DNA of 49,882 nucleotides, the filler included, from Trypethelium eluteriae (Eukaryota), in the NCBI GenBank assembly GCA_051942245.1. It is 2 parts of 2 records of this genome, joined end to end, with 100 filler letters (N's around TTAATTAATTAA, not from the genome) between each part and the next. Parts side by side here need not be neighbours in the genome. Positions count along the whole stretch, not along the records: positions 1 to 24,900 come from JAVECL010000390.1; 1 more part is not named here. One strand, given 5' to 3'. Shown here piece after piece: positions 11,910-23,086 of the stretch. Under the pieces are notes generated by a model, which was given only the letters and a program-made list of their open reading frames with translations, was not told the DNA's origin and made no database searches. The position numbers and the translations under genes were made by a program. Each line of letters begins with the position of its first letter. Position 1 is the first letter of the stretch.

Positions 11910-13134
11910 GGGGAATGGAAACAAGAGTTGTTTGATAATGATGCGGGCGCGTCGTTACGGCCCCACGAATAGAAAAAAAATAAGCTCATCGGTTAGACCC
12001 TGCGTGACGGCGGCGCTAGGCCTGTTCCGCATTCTGAACCGACCTATCGGAGTCGATCTGTTTCGCAGCCCTGGTCGCAACCAAATCACCAAATAGTCAC
12101 TCCTGCACGATGCACCACCACCACCTTCTCTCCATATCCTCCCGCAATCACAACCGCGTGCTGTGAGGCTGCTTTGACACTGTCTATGATCGAATCCCAG
12201 ACGTGCAGGGTAGATTCGCGCAGACTTTTGTCACTCATAGGATCCGCTACTTGGGGTCTGAAGCACGAATAAGCTATGTCTCAGGACGGATAACTGTTAC
12301 AGCCAAGAACACAACTATCATGTGCAGCTGAGCTCGAGTCATTCCGCTATCTGGCTTTTCTCGGCCCCAAGGCGCGGTGCCTCTTTCGGAACTGATCGTG
12401 ATGAGATCTTAGGTAAGCGATATGTCTTGGAAGGACGTCGGTGGATGGGCGGAGGGCAGATGGGCGGATGTCACCAGATAGGGAGCAGCCACGGCAAAGT
12501 CCCGATCTTCACAGAACCTGAGTGCCTAATTAAGTGGCCAAGTGCCCCAAGCCCGAAAGCGAATTATGAATGTCTGAGGAACCCCCTCGGCCTCGTCGCT
12601 GGCTGCTGGTCCCAGCAATGCGCGCTTGTGTGGGCCTTAGGTCTAGCTGTCCAAACCTGCCGACCCTATGCTTGTTTTCCCTTCCCGTATAACACCCCCA
12701 AATTCCCCATTCTCTCGCCTTTGCAATGCCAACTCTCTTCCTCTTGCAACTCCTAAACTGCTGTCGTTTGGCGCATCTGTTCCATCAACAGCTGACGAAT
12801 CTCACCTCGTATCATCAACCTGGCACCACCGAAATCCCCGGCCGACCTCGCTGAATATCTGGAAGGCATAAGCCAACCCGTCCCAAGGCTGCAGATTGCT
12901 CCATCTATTCTAAGAAGTCGGAGCTGGTGTTCTGGCGCAGTGGTGTCGCAACTTTGGGTGGTGGTTGAGGTTCAAAGTCACAACCCACCCCTGGAATTCC
13001 AGCAACACGAGGGTCTTGCCATCTTAGGCATTCAATCAGAGCGCCAATTTCTCGCATGAAGGCGCAGTTTTGAGTCATCTTTTTGTAGGAGTCGTCGGGA
13101 CTTTTTTTTATCTTTGTTGTTCGCATGTTCGAGG

Positions 13135-15321
13135 ATGCCGGCGCCGAAGTCATCGGAGCGGATGGAAGTTGATGGGGCAGAATCTTCCCCTATCTCGACG
13201 CCACCCAAGTCGCCCACGCTCGGCCCGCCTGACAACGCAGCAACACACGCTGATGCACATTCGCGCCTGCCTTCTCATGATGCAAAAGATGGTGTTGCAG
13301 CTGTCGGCCGCCCCACGCACTCCACCACATCCAATACTGGTAATAACCCCACCACGTCCACCATCACCGCCACCAAGATTAGACGGCCACGCAAGAAAAA
13401 AGAATCAAATGGCGATGTAAAAACTGAGGATGTCAAAGAGAAGAAGCCTCGTAAAACTAGAGCGCCTGCAGCAAAGAAACAAAAAATGTCCGAAGATGAT
13501 TCATCGGCGAGTGTGGCCAGCCGCCAAACAAAGCTCACCGAAATAGTCGTCCAGAAGCCGTCCACCACGGAAGTCGCGCTCAAGGCCGAAGTCTCCACAC
13601 CAGGTTCAACGACTCTGTATGCAACGACCAAGGGCCCGCCCACATCGCGACCACAATCTAGTGGTCTAAATTACGATCCAATTCGTGGCGCCACCACCGA
13701 GGCTGCACCAATTCATAATACTTCCGCCAACGGTCCGTCGTTGTCATCTCCACGTCTTTTCAATCGCGCCAGCGCTTCGCCTGCCATATCTAGCTTAATT
13801 GATCCTACACCGTCCGCATCAGTATCCTCAACGACTATCACACATTCAACCAATGTCGCTACGTCGAGTATCCAGCCATCTGTGTCCACACCTGTCTCAC
13901 CTACAGCATTACACATCCATCACTCACCTGTTGTGGTTCCGGTCACCTTCCACCCTACGCCTAGGGTACCTTCAGACAGCCAACTCCCTACGATGACAAC
14001 AGACTCTGCGAAGCCTGCACGGCCTGCCGGACCGTCTTCACCTAGTCCTAGTCATCCGCCTTCAAACACTTCTACACCTGGACCTCAACCAAAATCGACT
14101 CGGAACCAGGCGCCACCTCCCATGCCTTCGGGCAGCGGTCTTTTGGATCCAGCTTCTCTTGCACCTGGCAACTCTGGACCAGGGTCCTCCACAGGACGGA
14201 ACGGTAGTAAAGGGGTAGACATTGATATTCAGATTACACTCAATCCATTGGGCGGCAACACTATCAACATCGCCCAGGAGATCACCAGCCGATACGGACG
14301 TGATGCGCTGAATCCAAGAGCAGCTGCGCATAGGGATAAACTCCTGCGTGTAGCTGCCGCTGCCGGCGCGTTAGAGAAAGGACTTGCACTAGGCGGCGAG
14401 GGCGATGACCTCATGAGCTTAGATATATCTGACGGCGGAGGCGATGATAGCAATGTCGAAATGGGTGGAATGGATGACGGTCATCTCGAGGGAGATGGAG
14501 GTATGGGAAAAACCTTGGATGGCAAGCCTCGGAGGAGACGTCGAAAGGTTGAGGATTATGACAAAGACGATGATTTCATTGACGATACCGAGATGGCATG
14601 GGAACAGCAAGCGGTTGCAGCCAAAGAAGGCTTCTTTGTTTACAGCGGTCCGCTGAAGACTGATGCAGACAAAGCTGCCGAAAGGTGTGTCCCGCCCTCC
14701 ACCGCTTCCCTCTATGCCCTTGCACTTTCCGTCCTGCTCGAGTATCTATTCTACTATCCTCCATTGCACCGTTTCTCATGGTCGACTTTGCTTACATGAC
14801 CTAGCCTCGCCGCAAGCAATACGCCACCCAAGCGCGGACGCGGCTCTCGTGGTGGACGCGGAACGTCCAGCACCTCCACGCGCGGCAATTTTCAACCCCC
14901 GACACTCCCGAGCCACAACCACGCCGTTCAGTCGGGACCGTCCATTAACCCTATCACGGGTCTGCCGACTTCTGGTCGGGGGAGCCGCGGAGGGCGAGGG
15001 TCGCGAGGGGGTGCCACTGTTCGCAAACCTCGTGTCACCAAAGCTGATCGTATGCTAATGGAAAAAGAAAAGCTGGAGAGGGAACGAATGGGTATGAGCG
15101 TCAGCTTGGCCGCCAAGGGCAGTGGAGCGGGCAGTCCGGTCAATGGCACTGGAGCCCCTCCGCCACCGCCCCAGACATTACCGAGCCAAAGCCCAGCGCA
15201 GCACGCGGGATATCCTGGAGGCGGTGGTTCTGTCGCTAGTACGGGAGGACCGGGCATGGCGAGTGCGACTGGCCCCAACGTAGGAGTATCTGGACAATCG
15301 GCGCCTGCCGTTACGAGTTGA
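13135..15321 (+). CDS. HPC2: HIR histone chaperone complex subunit Hpc2-like (HUN/HRD domain)
   Basis: Low-complexity S/P/T N-terminus; EDYDKDDDFIDDTEMAWEQQAVAAKEGFFVYSGPL; intron at about 14685-14804, then RGG-rich exon and MEKEKLERERM. Confidence 0.8.
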
Positions 15322-15696
15322 GCCTCTCTTTTGTTTGATTATTCCGTGGACAATGCTCTACCAACGCTATCACTGCATGGAGTTCTGGGCATGATGGAAT
15401 ATTATGTTGAATCTACTACGGGTTGTTTGTATTCGCTGGACGGAGGAGCATTGTCACATTGTTGCATTGCCTTTGTGTATCAAACGTCCTACCATCGTCT
15501 CTTTTTTCGACCTTACGTGCATGTCAGGGGCATTTGCAAGCGCTGTCAGCATGCCCATCATTGGTTTAGCCTGGATGATTCTATAAAGCATGCTCGGTGT
15601 TGCTGGCGTCAAGTACAATATTGTTCAGATATTCATTGCACAGAGGGGGCATTGTATCATTTCTTGGAGTCTACTACTCTCAGTTCGATTGCAAAC

Positions 15697-16344
15697 TCAC
15701 ATCTTCGATTTGATTTCCTCAAATAGCTTCTGTAACTTGTCTTTACCGAGGTCCTGCTGCGGCCACACGATACCTAAGCCTTCCTCTTGGTTTGGCTTAG
15801 GTATCATATGGAAATGTACCTGGTATCCTGGTATTAGCATGGCAATGAAAAAATTTGCTTACGAATGTTGCATACATGGTCAACGACTTGATGAGCGATT
15901 CGCCCATTGTTTTGAAGAACATTGTAATTCTCGGCAGAGGCTGCTGTTGCAATCTTCTTTGCGACTGGCTGAAAAATTGTCAGATTCCCAAAGGAAATGC
16001 TTTAAGATTTTCGCGAAGGATTGCGATCACGTCATACCAGGATCTCCTGAAGCTGGTCATCGGGGATATCTGAGAGCTTTGCTCCATGATGCTTAGGTAT
16101 CACGAGCTATACATTGAATTTAGTGCAAGGTCGAAAGCGTCTGAAATTCTTGAGAGTATTACCGCATGGCCTGCACTTAGCGGTTGGATATCCAAGAAAG
16201 CTAGAGTCTTCTCAGACTCAAAGAGTTTCATAGAGGGGATCTCGCCTACGAATTGGGTCCATCATTAACCACGACAGGTTAATGAAGTGAGTATTTTCGA
16301 GTCTTACCCCGGATGATCTTGCAGAAGATGCATGAAGCAGCCAT
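15697..16344 (-). CDS. HNT1: HIT-family nucleoside 5'-phosphoramidase Hnt1 (5 exons; missing from the ORF track)
   Basis: Manual splice: MAASCIFCKIIRG/EIPSMKLFESEKTLAFLDIQPLSAGHA/LVIPKHHGAKLSDIPDDQLQEIL/PVAKKIA...NVLQNNGRIAHQVVDH/VHFHMIPKP...EEIKSKM*; histidine triad HVHFH; all introns GT-AG. Confidence 0.92.
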
Positions 16345-17199
16345 TGCAATGTGTTTCTAGATTCACACTTCGATCAGTGGTCACAACAGATGACTTTGTA
16401 GAGGAAGCGGGCCAACCTTGTCGAATGGCAGGTAAGTCAATGGAGCAGTCAAAACGTTCTCCTCCACAAACCCCGAGCTCGGCAAAGCATCCATAGCGTC
16501 ACAGAGAAGTAATGTTATGGCCCGTGCACGTCACGACATCGGAGTAGGGGAAAATTATGTCATAGGTCGGAACGAAACACAATATCTCAACCCGCCTCTC
16601 AACGTCTATGTTCTAGTTGTCTTCTCAAGAGACACTTTGCATGCACTACACCACGTTCGGTGAGTTTGCGTTTGGCTTGCAGCGTTCGTATCGACATCAC
16701 GCTCTGCTAGGCTGTTTCTCGCCGCACCTGATAGCATCTCCTCTCCCGAGGTAGAGCACAGACGATAAGCAGCTCATCTATCACGTCTCGCATATCTTCA
16801 CAGCTCCTTTAAGTACAAACATCGTCTCATAGAGGAAGAGGAAGAATGGCAGCTATATGAGATCTCTGAACTCCTGCAAAACCTTGTGCAGAACCTTGCA
16901 AGTTAGAGTTGGGATGCAAGCTTGAAAGACTGGCCAAACAGTGTGAGAAGCGAGAAAAAAAAAAAAAATCTCCAGCAGAAGGGCGACCGCGATGTATACA
17001 ATCTAGATAATGAGAACCCTGAAAACGGTCAAGACAAGTGGATCATCCCCCAAGCCTGGCAATTACCATTGAGGTAGCGAGAGACGCGGCGCAAGAGAAC
17101 AATCACACGGCTCAACGAGATTTATCAGGGACGAGTCTCATGGGTAGTCTGAAATTTGACTATGATTACTGACATGAGAAAGAGACCGAACGGTGACGA

Positions 17200-18235
17200 C
17201 TAGTCCACAATGAAAAGGCTTCCATTCTTTACTGCTTCTCTCTCATCGAGGTTCGCTCGTCTTTGCTTCGCCCACTCATGGACCTTCTCAAAGTTCCTGC
17301 ATGTATGTCTGGTCGATGTGTTCAGGATCACCTTATTACCTGCAAGCTTCCATTCCATCGGAGTAAGATCGGAATGGCACTGAATAGCCTGGCGTAGATG
17401 GTTGACACAATGTCCTACTTTTCCATCAGTGGCGATACATGCATGAAAGAAGCCAGATTGTTACCGACCTATATGATCTTCCCGGGATGGATCATCAGGG
17501 TTATTGAAGACTTGGTAGTAATCAGGGTAGAGGGCTTGACGGAGACGATTCTTTGGCAAGGTTCTCAGTCAATTATGTGTACGGCCGTCTATCGGCGTCC
17601 GCGTAGGTACCTAACATTACTTACCAAGCAATGTAGGGAATGGAAAACCTCAAGACCTGTGAAGTACTCCCCAGAACCAGGCCATTGGAATGTTCTATGA
17701 CTCAATTCTGTTTCCGAGCTGTCAAGATCAATATTCAGTCCTTTGGATGCCAGTTAGCAGAGACCAAAACTTCACATTACCGATCAGAATATTCACCGGA
17801 TAGAAGTCGGTGCCATGCATGATCGACCTCTGGGGATGGCGATCCGACATATTGCTGGTTTTTGTGATCCGTGAAGTAGTCCCCATGCTCGTCTAATTCG
17901 ACGCCTCCGGCAAAGACATACTCTCTCAGCTCAATCTCGGACTTAATCGAATCTATCTCCCTACCTCAGCGCAAGCAATGATGGTGAGAGTCGGGGATAG
18001 TGTACTTACTCAAATCCGAAGCGAATCCAGTCTCATATGAAGTCCCAACTGTCCGTTCATTGAATAACCAATATGCTAGGCCGAATCCAGCCAAGAAAAT
18101 GTTCAAAACGAGAGCACTGACGAAAAAAATATGAAGAAGCCTCGCATGTCGGTGTCTCTTGCGCGAAAATATTCCAGGCTGCCCAAGTAGACCGTCTGAC
18201 TCTATTCCGTTTATCTCTTCTTCGTTTCCTAACAT
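17200..18235 (-). CDS. DUF3328/UstYa-like oxidase no. 1 (canonical type, 5 exons)
   Basis: Manual splice: N-terminal TM (LLHIFFVSALVLNIFLAGFGLAYWLF), YVGSPSPEVDHAWHRLL, GLEVFHSLHCL/NRLRQALYP, HIGHCVNHLRQAIQCHSDLTP, HTCRNFEKVHEWA; two HXXHC motifs. Confidence 0.9.
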
Positions 18236-18648
18236 GGTAACTTTCTTCGTTTTAGGCGAGGCCTTCCGCGCGATGTGGAATAATGGATTACTTGGCTCTA
18301 CAGAAATCCCACCATCAAAGTGCAAAACTAAGGTGTTGAAACGATGTCTCCACCTAGCGCAGATGCGATTGTTTCGTTTCGACCTGGAGTAGGGAAGAAA
18401 TCTGAGTCTTACCGTAAGCCTACCGACATAACGTAATGCTATCCATTATTAGAAGTACTAATTCCGCAACAGAGAAAATCGGAACATGTGTTAGCTTTTG
18501 AATGAACCATTACATCACGTAATTGTGTTCTCGGCTTTGACCGAGAGTCGTGCCAATGTTCAGAACCAATGGGACCGAAGTGAGCATCAAATCCATTCAG
18601 TTCCTCATCTTCCACAATCCTCGGAATTTTCCAGATTTTACATACATC

Positions 18649-19407
18649 ATGACACCTTCGTCCAAAGATGCATCTCCATCACGATGGTCTCAAGACCGAA
18701 GCAGCAGCCAAAGCTTACTCGAGAGAGCAGAAAAGAAAGCTACTGATAGAAAAAAAGTACATTTTGATGAAGATGAGCAATTCATGGACGTGCACCCCAA
18801 GACCCATCATTCTGGAAAGTTACGCGCTTCGCTATGGCTATTGAAGTACTTGGTCCAAGCCGCGCTTGCAATTGTTGCATTTGCAATCACCTGGAAATTG
18901 GCGGCCCCCTCTCCTACGAACCTTCACAGTGAGATACTGACGGCCGACGGCAAATCCTTTCCCTTGGGTCAATTGACCTGGTCTCAGAACTTTACACCCT
19001 TACCGTGTGGTAAAACACCAACAGAAGCCCTAGCCAGGGGCTGCCACTTCGACATTATTGCCACAGCCTGGCTACCCCCAAAATGTATTGACTACGAACT
19101 AGCAGCCGAGTTTGAAGCGTTGCACCCATGGCAGTATTTTCCAAATGCCAACGGGAGCGATCCATTCTTGAACGATCCGGATACGCTAGGCATGCAGACG
19201 GGGCTCATCTGGACAACGCATCGATGGCACGCGGCGCATTGCGTGTACATGTGGAAGAAGCTGAACCGGGCGTTGATTGGGGGTTGGAACACGGATGCAG
19301 AGACGGTACAACAGGCGCATACCAACCACTGTACTGTGGCTGTTCTGGACGTGGAGGAGGTGGATGCCATTAGAAGCATCATGGAAATTATCTATCCTCC
19401 TTGTTAG
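18649..19407 (+). CDS. DUF3328/UstYa-like oxidase no. 2 (intronless, CG..EA...GC.FD subtype)
   Basis: TM segment YLVQAALAIVAFAITW; PCGKTPTEALARGCHFDIIATAWLPPKC; HAAHC and HTNHC motifs; ATG at 18649. Confidence 0.85.
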   Translation: MTPSSKDASPSRWSQDRSSSQSLLERAEKKATDRKKVHFDEDEQFMDVHPKTHHSGKLRASLWLLKYLVQAALAIVAFAITWKLAAPSPTNLHSEILTADGKSFPLGQLTWSQNFTPLPCGKTPTEALARGCHFDIIATAWLPPKCIDYELAAEFEALHPWQYFPNANGSDPFLNDPDTLGMQTGLIWTTHRWHAAHCVYMWKKLNRALIGGWNTDAETVQQAHTNHCTVAVLDVEEVDAIRSIMEIIYPPC

Positions 19408-19772
19408 AACAGAAGAGACTGGATCGACTCACCCTCTGGCATTTCTTGTATTTTTCGAGGTGATGGAAATCGTGCTTGCTCTACTGGCGCTACCAGTTCC
19501 GCAGATAACCGGAGTTGCAGAGCTGAACGTCTGTCAACTGGAAGGAGGAATTTGAAGACATAGTCAGCTGGAAATGATTCATTTGGAGACTCAATGCGAG
19601 TAATGCTGTGGTTGCAAGAGCAGCGTTTCAATACTCAATCAACACCTAGGTATGCTACGTGCGGGTAAAACTTTTACGCCCACGATGGTATAGTCGGAAT
19701 GGTCCACCCGACGCAAGAGGAGCAAATAAAAGGTCATTGACAATCTCCTTTGTCTAAATAGGTAACTCTATC

Positions 19773-20860
19773 TCAAAGACCCTGTCTAATCATCCTTTGT
19801 GCATTCTCGTGGTATATCTCCGGATTGGAAGCATCTCGTGCTATGGACCAGTCTCTCAGTGCATCGTAGTCACGACACGTGTGAGGGATGTCAAATATGG
19901 GGATGATCCAATCTCTGCTTTCAGACCATCTAACTGGTATGAAGGTCATGTCTGCCGCACACATCAGAGCAAGCCGAATGGCATCAATGCAGTGCTCTAT
20001 TCTCTGGGTTTTAGTTTTTCATCAAAGAGAGAATGACGTCGAGATAACATACCAACATGAGGAATTAATGAAGGCATCTCAATCTCTGGATACTGCTCTC
20101 TGTGTAAAAACTTTCGGATCATATTCTTGGAGGATTAGTCCCAAAGTTCTCTCCACGCAGTATAGCGTTGGCCTGGAGACTCACGAGGCAATGGATTTGA
20201 TGAAACACAGAAACCCTGCCAGGTCTGTGAGATAATTTCCGGAAAGGCGGGGCACTTTCACTTACTGTGCCATGTACAGTCCTGTCTCCGGATCAAGCCA
20301 TAAATCCTCTCCCCACTGCTCCCTCTCCGTTGGCGTTACAAAGACGTTGACAGCTATGCTTCTTATCAGTTCGTACTCGAGCCTATCTGCCTGAGAGATC
20401 CACATACCTCCAAGGAGCTTTACCCAGTTTTCATCAATTTCTGCCGTTGCAGCTCCCACGTACGGAGGCTCTGTCTCTGGCCGGAATATTTGGTGGCTGT
20501 CGTTATATCTAAGAGTGGAGTCGAATTGCACATCCTTCAAGATTGCAGGAAGTTCTCGTTTCACTGTTACTTCGACCTGTCAGATTCCAACATGCCCTTT
20601 GCGAGACTAGACCTACAGAATTCGCTTTCCCTCCAAAACCCCTTTTCCGAGTAACGCATAGAAAAGCTCATCACTATTGCCGCCAGGCTTACCAAAAGCA
20701 CCAGAGTCAGTGCCCATGGTATACATGTAAGGAGCCTGAGCTGCGCTCTGGATGCACAGTTTGGACATCTATGATCCGCAAGCGGAGGATAGGAATCTTG
20801 GAGGAGCCCCTCTCTTAACACCCGACTTGATTCGACACTGACCCTGGGAGATTGATCCAT
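19773..20860 (-). CDS. DUF3328/UstYa-like oxidase no. 3 (canonical type, about 6 exons)
   Basis: TM segment IPWALTLVLLVSLAAIVMSF; YVGAATAEIDENWVKLL; VSVFHQIHCL/NMIRKFL; HVEHCIDAIRLALMCAADMT; HTCRDYDALRDW. Confidence 0.9.
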
Positions 20861-21235
20861 GTTTGCATGGCTTCTAAATTTCAGAATTCAGTGACACTTT
20901 TGGAACGCATTGACAGGACCCGTGTCGAGCTAAATCGAATATGAAATTGCGGGACCAAGTGCATGCGAGTGCGTTGCCTACCTGCTTACTTCCGTAGGCA
21001 TTAATTACGTGGGCTCCTGACGTGAGAGAAGTATTCTCATCCAACGTTTCATCGGAGATTTTACGTCTTTTCGACCAAGGCACAGAATAACTGACGAATT
21101 TCTGTATGTATTTACTTTATTCTGTACGTTTTCATCGTCACTAAGACTCATTGGTGGTTTCATACATTTCCCTACGTGCCAACATCTCTCTTGTGCATGC
21201 AATAATCCAACCTCGCAGGCAGTCACTATTCGACC

Positions 21236-21907
21236 ATGTTTGGAATTTCCGGAAGGGGTTGGTCTTATACAAGTATCAACAGCAAAAGTCCGGACGAGAA
21301 ACAGTTACAGCACTCACAAACCTTGGGTGAAGAGCACTCCCACAGATCTCAGCAACGTCGAAGGCTCACAATTGTTACGAGATCGGTGATTGCAGCATTA
21401 TGTGCATTTTCCATTTTGCTGGGCGTCGGTATGCTCGCAATCAGCATCCGAAAGACTACATCTCCGAAGAACAATTCAGGTCGCCTTTGCGGAAACTCTA
21501 CTGCGGAGGCGCTATCACTTGGCTGCACTTTCGACCAGCTGATGTGGACATGGTTTCCGCCTAATTGTCCCCATTACGCCAATGACCAATTTGTCCAAGC
21601 CGAAAAGTGGGAATACTACCTGAATCCCTATACTAAGGAAAAAGCTGAGGGGGAGAACTGGACAAAAGCTCTGGATAACCAGATAGATCTTTGGGGTCAA
21701 AAGGGAGAGCATCTGACCCACTGTATCCTGATGTTTCTCAGTATCGGGCAGATGTTGCGAGATGGTACACCTTATGTACCAATAATTGTGAAATACGAGC
21801 ATATAGATCACTGTGCAGGTGTTCTTCTGGAGCAGGTCCGCAAGGATGAGGAGTGGCACTCGGTTGGAACTCATGTGCCAGACGTTCGTTACGACCAAAA
21901 CTGCTAG
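21236..21907 (+). CDS. DUF3328/UstYa-like oxidase no. 4 (intronless, CG..EA...GC.FD subtype)
   Basis: 223-aa ORF; TM segment VIAALCAFSILLGVGMLAISI; LCGNSTAEALSLGCTFDQLMWTWFPPNC; HLTHC and HIDHC motifs. Confidence 0.85.
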   Translation: MFGISGRGWSYTSINSKSPDEKQLQHSQTLGEEHSHRSQQRRRLTIVTRSVIAALCAFSILLGVGMLAISIRKTTSPKNNSGRLCGNSTAEALSLGCTFDQLMWTWFPPNCPHYANDQFVQAEKWEYYLNPYTKEKAEGENWTKALDNQIDLWGQKGEHLTHCILMFLSIGQMLRDGTPYVPIIVKYEHIDHCAGVLLEQVRKDEEWHSVGTHVPDVRYDQNC

Positions 21908-22969
21908 AAGAAATGCGTTTGACATGCATCAACCCAATCGAATCCGCACTCCTGGTCTTTTCGACGGACAGGAGGGTTAAAATTCTGGGTAGAGAACGAT
22001 GCTCTGACAGGCGTCGCAAGCAGTAGAAAGAAGATGACAATGGGTGAAGGAGTGCGTTGAAGGGAATCTTGCTTTTTATTGGACTTCTCAATATATATCC
22101 ATTGAGTGTTCCTCGTTGTATATGCTGCATCGCTTCATTACATTGTCATTACTGCGGTACAAGAAAACGCCGGGACAACTCTATGGAGCTTAGAGCGCGC
22201 TTTGTCACCACAACCTCGACTAGTTCTCATTCATAGACGTGTTTTATGTACAAATCTGAGGTCTATCTGGTTCAATGTTTGAGCTCGTGAAGGATGTAAG
22301 CAATTCCTGTCAAGACCTCGATCTCTACGGGTACCCGTTGTTGTGCATCTCGGCCGTCTAAGACCAGATTCAGCCTCCTTCAGGATTTAAAGGCGTATTT
22401 ACTGGAAGCAAGCATGAAGGCCAGCCAAATTTTTATAACTCAGATTGATTATTGACTCCACCAAATGGGAAGTTCTCCGACTCAAATCTACATCAATCCC
22501 AAGTTCTATCTTTCCTGTTCATTGGCAGAATAGACGGAGCTTGTTAGCGTTGATCAAATACAAGAGCCAGAAGTAATCTAGTGTGTACTATCGATATTAC
22601 GAGCAAATTGTGCCGAACTGTGAACAGAATGATTTCGTGAATCGATCTGCACTTACGTAGTACTACTTTCTCACCTAACTCACTATTACGATCCTGAGCT
22701 TAGTTAGAAAGGAAAGATCATGTTAGTGGAAATCACGTCATGATCCTTGAGTCCGGCATTGCTTTGGTGAATCTGAAGAGCAGCCTTCTTTCCAGATGAT
22801 ATTAATGGTCGCATTAGAAGATACCTATGCAAGGTCTCTTTTGTAGCCGTTTCTGATGATGTCGGGAAAGGTTTCAGATTATGAAAAAGCCAATCAATAA
22901 CTTCTTAAGTAATAACTCGGCAGCCAATAAGGTTCCAACTGAAAACATAGCTCGATGGCGTCTTGCGGC

Positions 22970-22976
22970 TATAAAA
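22970..22976 (+). promoter_or_regulatory. Putative TATA box of the precursor gene
   Basis: TATAAAA about 115 bp upstream of the ATG at 23087. Confidence 0.45.
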
Positions 22977-23086
22977 AGGTTTCGAGCCCAACGTAGTCTG
23001 TGGCGTCCACTTCCTAAATCTTTATCTGAACCTAAGTACTGGAGGACATCAAAATCTGCCATCTCATACCTATTGAATCTGTCAAA

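Noticed and set aside
15331..16268. Plus-strand ORFs of 60-168 aa
   Set aside because: They overlap the HPC2 3' region or are antisense shadows of the spliced HNT1 gene
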